DNA of 62,934 nucleotides, filler included, from Sluysia triapertura (lineage: Eukaryota), in NCBI GenBank assembly GCA_046118255.1. It is 5 parts of 5 records of this genome, joined end to end, with 100 filler letters (N's around TTAATTAATTAA, not from the genome) between each part and the next. Parts side by side here need not be neighbours in the genome. Positions count along the whole stretch, not along the records: positions 48,892 to 62,934 come from JBJNIA010007992.1; 4 more parts are not named here. One strand, given 5' to 3'. Below are positions 54,500 to 62,934 of this stretch, one piece after another; the stretch's first letter is position 1; the number at the start of each line of letters is the position of its first letter. The position numbers and the translations under genes are program-made. The notes beneath the pieces are model-generated. The model had not been told where the DNA came from, searched no databases, and was given only the letters and a program-made list of their open reading frames with translations.

Positions 54500-57341
54500 A
54501 GCTCTAACAGTTATAACCCAGCCACTGTCTGACCAAAAGTTAAAAATGTTCCCCATATCATTTTCATTTCATATCGTTTTCCAAATAACCCGCTGATAAT
54601 AACCTTTCATAATTTGGTTTGTCGCCTGCATCTCCTATGGAAGTTTCTACTATTTCAGTCAAAATTCTGTTATAAATATTTTCTAGCATCATCCATAGCT
54701 TTTTTATCATATAGATTACTCTTCATTAAATCCTGAATGCAATCAAAGTGTAGGTTGTTTTGTAAATTTGTAATTTCTAGATTTCTCGGTGGCGATTTGG
54801 GTATCAATGATGGAACGACGACCCATGTTGTCTCTGATAATTTATATGCTGGAGCAAATAAAGGTGAACATTTAATTTTAAATGCTTTTGATATAACCAG
54901 TAGTAATAATCTTGTAACCTGTTCCATATAAATAACTTCATTTTTATAAATAACTGGTTATTATGAGTACATTCGTTAGTACAATTAAGATAAACATAAA
55001 CTTTTTTACAAGCGAAAGTTTGTAATAATTCATCCATTAGTCTACTAAAAATTATTTTACCTAATTGAATCTGGAGTGGCCATACTAAGATTAGTCACAA
55101 TCAGTGTCATTTTTGTATGTATTATTTCACAGTTTAGTTTACAATCATTAATAATTATTTCTCTATAAAGATCTTCTATTTGCCTTAATTGATGATGATA
55201 TGAAAAGTCCGCTTTATTGTTAAAATAAATTAACATCCTTATGCAACAAATGAAAATTAGACTGCTTTCCTTTACTTTTAATTACAAATATTTTATCATA
55301 ATTAATAATGTAAACTAACGGACCGCATTTTTTAATCTTACATTATCTTATTAACCTAATCTCAATTAACACAACTTGTGTATTTGTTTCTACTAATGTT
55401 TCTTCTTTATATTTTAAATTTTTACATTATTATCATTATTCATAATGTTGATGTTGATATTATTTTTGTTTTGAATGTATTTGTTGAATCACACTGAATA
55501 TATTTATTGATTTTTTATAGTATGAAATATTTATTTGTTGATTTTCAATATTAATTCGGTTTGGATTTATAATTGGAAAATTATAATTTTATGTGAGTAA
55601 TTTATTTTTATTATTAACAGAAATTATAAAATTAAAAAATTATTGTTAAACTGAATTTATAAAATCAGAGAATTAATAGAAATTTTAAAATTAAAATATA
55701 TTAAACAGTATCTAATTGCAGAATTTATAAAAATTAAAATTTCAATAATAATTTGTTTTAAAGAACCGTCCAAGGTCAAACTTAAATTAATATATAAAGA
55801 TGACATTTTCGTATAAAACTACTTAACTTTTAATTTGAACAAAACAATTTTTAATTGTATCTTTCAAAAAATTCGTGGAGCTGACCATTGGACGTTACTT
55901 ATAGAGAAATAACATTGCAATTAATTATTCGTTAGTTTGTTTTTGATAAGTTAGTACCTTTAAGTGTGCACCGTAAAATCAATGTAAATTATCTATATAC
56001 ATTTGCAGAACCATTTACAATTTCTTTCGTAAAATAATTACTAAAATTGCTTTTTTATATTATTGCATGATCTTTCAGTATTTTAATATTTACCTTTTGC
56101 GTTATATTATAAACTTTCGTATTAAAGTTTTATTGTTAATAACGAATTTCATTATCAGTTCTGTTTAAAATAATTGTAAGTAAATTTTACAATTTTAAAA
56201 TATTAAAATCTGTACTTATAGCATATTTCACCGATATTTATCGGAAAGTGTAAATTCACTTAATATAAATCCTATTTAAAAGGATTTTCGTAAAATACCA
56301 ATTATTAAATAACCTTTTCTCAGATTAATTTTAGATGAAGATTAATTTACATTTAATTTAAATATAATTAATTTAAGATTAATAATATTTAAAGGATTCT
56401 TGTAAAATCACAGTTTATTAACCCTCATTAAGAGAGATAGTCAATTATTCCATTAAACTTTAATGAAATACATTAACTTACTAAGAACCAAGGAATAAAT
56501 TTGACTACGAAGCTTATAAATCTAATAAACAAATTTATTGACCTCCTATAGTTATCTTGTTTTAAGATACGTTGGTGAACTCACATTCACATCTTTATTC
56601 TGAGAAAAATAAAATAAAAACCTCGCAATAACATCATGAGCAGATGAAAATATTTTTCCTTTAATTGTATCAATAATGACTGTTTTAAGGTAAACTAGAC
56701 TACATTCACGATTTCCAAATCAAAAACAATAGTATATTTTCCACCGAAACTTGTTTTTAGTTCTAATTTGCAAAATGATCTTTCTAGCATAGCTTTTGTA
56801 TTCGGGTCAAATGCTACTTCAGTATTCTTAATTTCAGTAGTGTAAGTATCAATAACTAATGCTTTTCGAATCTTATTATGACAAAATTTTCCACATTCGC
56901 GGGTATCTTCATACAACAAACTTCCTACTACAAATATTTCTTCTTATACTGTAATACCTGGTTTTGCTTTCAGAATTATTTTAGAGTCCATTTTACTTCA
57001 TGAGTGTGAAAAGCATTATAACAATTTTTTAGTGTAATTTCAAGATATTCTTCTATTATAGACTATTTAATCAATGAAATATGGCTATTATATCAACACC
57101 ATCTAATATATCTCTTTCTAGAGACTGCACATTCATATGCTTTAATATAAATATATCCTCTTTCTTAATAAATATGATAAATCTGATCGTATTGTTTAAT
57201 AAATTTATTTGGATATGCATCAGGACATTTTTCTACATCCATTAATGAAAATTTTGCTCCGAGTGTTGTATTTTCACAATCAAATGCCTTAATAGATTGT
57301 GCAACAGGCAATACTAAAATTGTCATAAAATGTGCCAACAT
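54500..57341 (-). pseudogene. Chuvirus-like fusion glycoprotein of element 2 (interrupted at 55446-56633)
   Basis: MLAHFMTILVLPVAQSIKAFDCENTTLGAKFSLMDVEKCP; ECAVSRKRYIRWC*YNSHIS; DCKLNCEII; CKKVYVYLNCTNEC; KCSPLFAPAYKLSETTW; SNLYDKKAMDDAR; WGTFLTFGQTVAG. Confidence 0.78.
55446..56633 (+). mobile_element. Solo-LTR-like insertion in the glycoprotein gene
   Basis: TGTTG...ATAACA termini; flanks TCATAA/TCATGA; contains CGTTGGTGAACTCACAT, also found in the solo LTR at about 3624. Confidence 0.6.
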
Positions 57342-58209
57342 TGTATTCGTCTCTTATAACCGTTGGTTCAATTTTGACATTTTTATCTATGTTTTATATT
57401 ATTGTCAATACCGTTTAAATTGGCATCAACTTTACTTTCCGCTTTGACAATACTAATATTTTTTTGAAAACCACTTGATTTTACGTTAGATATATTATTT
57501 ATCTGATTGTGCTTAGTAACCACACTCAATTATATTTTCATTGTCATTAATATAATCATTTTTTAATACTAATATTATATCACTATTTAATAAGTTGAAT
57601 AACGTAAGAGTAAGAGAAATTAATTCTTTATCTTAATTCTTTATTTATTGGAACCTCTACCGCATGATTATTATCTTCATATGAAAGTATAAGAGGTAAT
57701 GTTGTCTTATTTTTATTCAACCAATATCTTTCTACTTCAAGTAAACGTTATGAATGTAAACAGTACGATTTAGAAAAATTCACGTTATTCTGTAAAAATT
57801 ATTCACTATTACTTATAGCATCAATTGGTACTATGTTTAGATACTCGAATGTGTCTCCAATATTCGTGTGCTTATTATTAATTAATTCAGTAATAACTTT
57901 AACGTCATCAATATTCTCGATATGTACTTCATCATTAATTACTTCTTGTTCTTTTTCATTCTGATTAATGTAATCAGAAGATAATACAAAACGATTGCGC
58001 TAGTCAATCTTGTCATCTTGAGGTACTTCCTCCTTTAAAATTTTCTTTTGTAATTTTAAAGTCATTTCCTCTATTACTTATTTTAAATTTCTATTTTCTT
58101 CATTAATTGAATCCACTTGGATACACAATACTTGAGAAACTTGACTTTTACCACGTTTTTGATTATTTTTGTTTCCTGAATTACTTCTGCTTCTATCTTT
58201 ATTAGCACG

Positions 58210-59014
58210 TAAATTTCGACACCAAAAATTATATTTATTATGGCCTGTCTTATTTCAAATTGTACATGATTCACTTGTAAATCGTACTTCATTTTGTTGC
58301 CTTAGACTATTATGCTGATTTCGCCTGTTATATCTAATAAACTGTGTATTCTGTCGAAAAAATTTTAACATTTATATCATTGTTAAAATGTATATAATCA
58401 GAAAAATTATTATACTTAAAATTACTACGATTGTTAGAAAATTTATTCATTTGTCCATCTATATTTGTTCGAATTATAGGTTCAATAGCCATCACATTGG
58501 ACTGGAGCGAAATTCCTGTTACACTCTCTATATTTGAATTGATCATCTAAATTAGTTAAATCTAATATCAAAAGTTGTGTCATTATTGGTTTCTTACATA
58601 CATCAATACATTTTTCAGTAATTAACTCATTTTTCTGCTAATGAGTAAAATGGGATATGCCTTATTTGCTAATCGTTTTAAGTCAAATAAAAATTGTGTG
58701 ACGGTTTCTTTACTATTTTGTATCTTGTTTCGAAAGTTTTTAAAATTAACTAATTTAGAGTCTCTAAGAAAAATTGACTTCTAAATTTTTTCAAGCATTT
58801 TTATTTTCGTCCTAGATATTTAAGTAAGCCTCAATCGATTTTCCTTTTAAATAGGGTGAAAAGTCTACATTGAGCATCCTCATCCCAGCCAAAGTTGATA
58901 TTGATTCATAAAATTTGTTAAAGCTTCTGGATTACCGTCGAAAGATTCCAATAGAAGAACGAAAGATCTCATAGATTCAGTATTCATTTCCTTTTTAATT
59001 CCAGTCTGTTGCAT
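58210..59014 (-). pseudogene. gag of element 2
   Basis: ESFDGNPE..F...GW; RNKIQNSKETVTQF..DLKRLANKAYP; degenerate knuckle CTI*NKTGHNKYNF at about 58225-58270. Confidence 0.8.
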
Positions 59015-59086
59015 AAAATTTTAAATCTTAAATTATAAACTTATTTATTGTTTAAAAATAAATCTATATAATAATAATGAAACTTT

Positions 59087-59099
59087 GCTAGTGGCACCA
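59087..59099 (-). promoter_or_regulatory. Putative PBS TGGTGCCACTAGC
   Basis: TGG tract 7 nt after the LTR end CACAACA, upstream of gag. Confidence 0.7.
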
Positions 59100-59106
59100 A
59101 AATTTA

Positions 59107-59749
59107 TGTTGTGTTTTTATCTTTTTAATATTCTTCAAATTTTAAAAGACAATTAAATGATTTTCAATCTCATTATATTACAATAATATCACAGTATATA
59201 TTACAATAAAAATCAAATAATTAATTATTCAATAAAATAAAATACAATGATAATACTCAATCTCAGAGGTTACACAACACAAATAAATGTTAGTAACCAG
59301 AAAACAATAAAAGCTTAAGACTCGACTAACCTCAAATAAGTTGGCTCTTTTAATAAAATTTAGTCCTATTTCTAAAGAATTTTAAGATTCAATCAGCGTT
59401 TGCCACTACTGTGTTGAATTAGCCTTCTTACAGCAAAATTAGAATAATTTTCTTTTGTTCTCTTTTGTGTGTAAGATAGAAAAATATGGTTCTTTATATA
59501 TTGTTTGGATAATTTCTAGAAAGTCGGGAATTCAACTTAATAAATGTGCATGTCGACAAGGCACGCTTACTTCTTAGAGTCTGTTTTATAATGACCAATT
59601 TTATTAATCAAATTTGAACATAAATTTCCGTCGAATATCTAGAAATTATCCAAAGATAACGAGTTTTGTGGAAAACAAACTCTTATCTTTTAAAAATAAT
59701 AACATTAAAATTTAATATCATAGTTAGAATAATTCTTATCAATATAACA
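59107..59749 (-). repeat. 5' LTR of element 2
   Basis: Minus strand TGTTATA...CACAACA adjacent to the PBS; distal boundary inferred. Confidence 0.6.
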
Positions 59750-60239
59750 ATATATTAACTTAAATTGAATGTAAATCTTACCAAATATAAAACTTGTTTT
59801 CAATAATAACTTTTGATATAATACGAAACACGTTAACGGTACGTAACGCGTCAATATCAATAACATATTTAGAATGATATCTTAATGAGAATTAATTTGA
59901 TATAATTTATTACGTATGCTCATTATAAGACATAGACATTTCACTTTATAATAAAGAAAATTAATTAAAAGTAATGATTTTGCATTACGTGTTTCACACT
60001 GTCTTAGTTTTCATAACATTGATATATTTCACGATTGTGTTTTATTATGTGATACCCGACTCTATGAAAACATCATAAGAAAAGTTATCGATTAAAAATG
60101 GTTATCAAACAATTCTAATTAAATTAATTAATTAATATTCTTATAAATTTTTTGTAAAATTTTATAAAATATTGATCTCTTTACCTTGAAGCTGCAATAT
60201 TCTTTCAGTCATTGTATTTTCTGACAACCCCAATAGTTT

Positions 60240-60730
60240 TATGTTGTAATATTTTTATGATGTAAAAATTTTAAGTTTTTCCTTTTATACTTTCTCATCA
60301 TCCAATCAATCCTAAGTTTCGCAATCAACACTGTCTCACACAAATCATCAAAACCTATTTCAGAATTAGACCGACAACTACATGTTATGGTCTGTAAAAC
60401 TTTATTAGATACAAAACACAAAAAATGGATTTACGATTATATTCTACTCTGCTCGATCAATTTTTACTTAAATTACTTCCCACATCAAAATAACAATCAC
60501 CAATATTACTACCATGCATAAAAATAATGAATTTAATTTTAGTTTTTATAATTCAATTGAGTTTTGATTTTTCTCAAGCTTCCGTAAGGTCGCAATACCC
60601 TACATATGTCTTTGAAACTTCAAAGTATTCCTCAGTTTTCAACATAATTCTAACTTTAACATTAATTACAATGCTCAATCTATCACTTCATATCAATTAA
60701 TTCCTCACTTTATGGTTCCAGATAACTCTT
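60240..60730 (+). repeat. Internally deleted family X copy
   Basis: Aligns to 8190-8530 (TCATCATCCAA, CACA.AAAT.AT.AAACCT, ACCGACAA). Confidence 0.7.
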
Positions 60731-62245
60731 ACTGATTTACAGTTGATCAATAGCAACATTATGACTTCTTACTACATTTCTTAAACTCATTCCGTATTTT
60801 CATAACTAATTTACCGTTACCTTCAAAATATTTATTCGTATTATTTATATTAATTTTTTTATTAATTGTACTGACGTTTGGAAAATAGATATTAGTTAAC
60901 TTCAGTTTGCTATTTTGTTGACAATTAAATACGTCGAGCTTTGCCTTGTAAATCGTACATTATAAGCGAACTGTATATACGCTTTTTAGTATAAGTTAAA
61001 ACGTAGCAATTTCGATATATTTATATTATAACTTTGCTGTTAAATTATTTGGAAGTCGTGACCATGTGATTTTGTTGGAACTATTATAATTTGTGAATTT
61101 TGCATAAATTATTCAAGATTTTTAATCTTTTCTAAGATTAATAATAGTATTTATACCATTAAAAATATAATTCATTTTCATTAATACACTTTTGGCTATT
61201 TGGGTAATTTCAACTTAGTATAGTATAAGAGAAATAGGTGAAATAAATTTCATTTGATTTGAACTGAATATTTTTTAAGTGTCTCATGGATTTAATTATA
61301 AATCCATTTACAATAACTGAAAAGAACGGTATTCTTATAGAGCATAAGAAAATTCATCCGTTTTAAACAGCGTGGACATTAGAAAAGAACAGATTATTGG
61401 CCGTATCGGTTAAGAGAGAGATTAAGATCTAAGAAATATAACTTCCTACATTTCTTTATCTTTTTTAAGAAAGTCCTTTAGACATGTAACTCATAAAAAT
61501 ATAAAACATACACTATAGACACACCATAAACAGATATCATTATTTCTAAGTAGAACACTTGCATTTATAATTCTATGTATTTTATTCCATTACATTCGCT
61601 TTGCTAGTTAATATTCGTTCATTTTTGTTATAGTTAGTATTCACTTTTTAATGAATTTCTCATGCTTCATTGCTATTTGCGTTTGATTCGAGATATTTTC
61701 TGGAAACTAATTACATGTGATGAATTCGTGCCTTCATCTTCATGTTTGTTTACTAGTTTCTGATTTCTACCTTGTTATTTAAAGGTATTTGTGAAGATAC
61801 TTTTGGAGTTTAGAAATTTTAGATAAAGTAAGTGCAATACAATTTTATTTAAAATGTTTTTATTTTAAAATCATTTTTAACAATATTATGTGGTTCATAT
61901 AATATAATTAAATTTTATTCTAAAATATAATTAAATATTCGTATGTATTCTTATTTATGCTTGAATAGTGATGAATTTGTAAAATTCTTTAAATAAATAT
62001 TTAAATCATAAAATAAACTCAAGATGAAATTATTTGAATTACTTATAAATTTGTATTTATACATACATAAAATTAAATGTATGTATAAAACTATCCTTTT
62101 TTGATGTAATAATAAAACAATAAAGTGCTTAATTTATTTTGTGTGAATATTACTATAACTTTGTGAATAATCAATAAAAACAACAATTTATTACTTTATT
62201 TAATCAATAAATAATTTCATATTATTTTAAAACGTTATATTAAGA

Positions 62246-62722
62246 ATGAATTTATCTCATTTTGACAAGAATTGTATTGAATCTTTGAAAAATTTCTATA
62301 TTTGGCCAATTACGGGAATTAAATCAGTTATTCAAAATGATCAGTGTATGATAACAAACAGTAATTCATTTAAATTAAACCTATACGGTTATAAAATGGG
62401 GCTGCAAGCAAAATTTGAAAATGACTTTATGGGTATATATTTAATCTTATTACCAAGTAAATATGATAAATTATTAATGTGGCCGTTTGATAAAGAGATT
62501 AAAGTATCGCTTTTGAATCAAGTGAAACCAAATGAAAACGAAGAAGTCATTATATCTCCAAAATCAATATCAAATGGTAAACATCATTGGAGAAAACCGT
62601 CAAAAATCGATGATCATAAAGGATATGGTATAAAAAATGCGTTTCCATTAAGTTTGTTAGAAAAAAATTCGAATTTCTTACGAAATGATATGATCTACTT
62701 AAAAGTTGAAATAAACGAATAA
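62246..62722 (+). CDS. TRAF-type MATH domain protein (possibly terminal exon)
   Basis: YIWPITG...GYKMGL...MGIYLILLPSKYDKLLMWPF...VSLLNQ...GYG....FLRNDMIYLKVEI*; intact frame ending at the domain end, as in TRAFs. Confidence 0.9.
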   Translation: MNLSHFDKNCIESLKNFYIWPITGIKSVIQNDQCMITNSNSFKLNLYGYKMGLQAKFENDFMGIYLILLPSKYDKLLMWPFDKEIKVSLLNQVKPNENEEVIISPKSISNGKHHWRKPSKIDDHKGYGIKNAFPLSLLEKNSNFLRNDMIYLKVEINE

Positions 62723-62934
62723 ACAATTATAAAACTATTTAATTCACTTAAAAATGAGATTGAATCTTAATTTTCAGAAATAAATTTTAATTTAATTTTA
62801 TTTTTTTCTGTTACATTACCTTTATTAACTATTTTAACAAAGTTTTTTGAGCATAATATTAATTTAATGAATATTTAAGTTATTTAATTTGACAAAATTT
62901 AAGAACCTCTATGTTGACAAAATACGTGACTGAC

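Larger units (their letters stand above)
50785..59749 (-). mobile_element. Retroelement 2: heavily decayed relative of element 1 (gag-ORF2-glycoprotein-pol), 3' truncated, with nested insertions
   Basis: LTR 59107-59749, PBS, gag, glycoprotein, RT, RNase H and integrase N-terminus in the same order as element 1. Confidence 0.82.

Overview
Very AT-rich, repeat-dense eukaryotic (probably invertebrate) genomic DNA. Five segments are joined by artificial N44-TTAATTAATTAA-N44 linkers. The main content is two diverged, decayed Ty3/gypsy-type LTR retroelements on the minus strand (about 12668-25191 and 50785-59749). Both have the non-canonical order LTR-PBS-gag(CCHC)-acidic ORF-viral fusion glycoprotein (chuvirus/Jingchuvirales-like)-RT-RNaseH-integrase, so the env-like gene lies UPSTREAM of pol. 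The more complete copy also has its aspartic protease DOWNSTREAM of integrase, followed by small membrane-protein paralogs and a RING-H2 ORF with a splice acceptor. This looks like a complex enveloped retroelement with accessory genes. The window also holds a family of about 3 kb TG...CA elements carrying protein cargo behind a conserved CCAA(T/C)CAG inverted repeat (one copy has a clean 5-bp TSD), a 2 kb solo-LTR-like family (5 copies), other solo LTRs, IS630/Tc1 fragments, a Stowaway-like MITE end and a tRNA-derived SINE head. Host-type sequence includes a TRAF-type MATH domain ORF and abutting Ig/FN3 and adenylyl cyclase fragments. All family assignments come from motif recognition by eye; no database searches were run.
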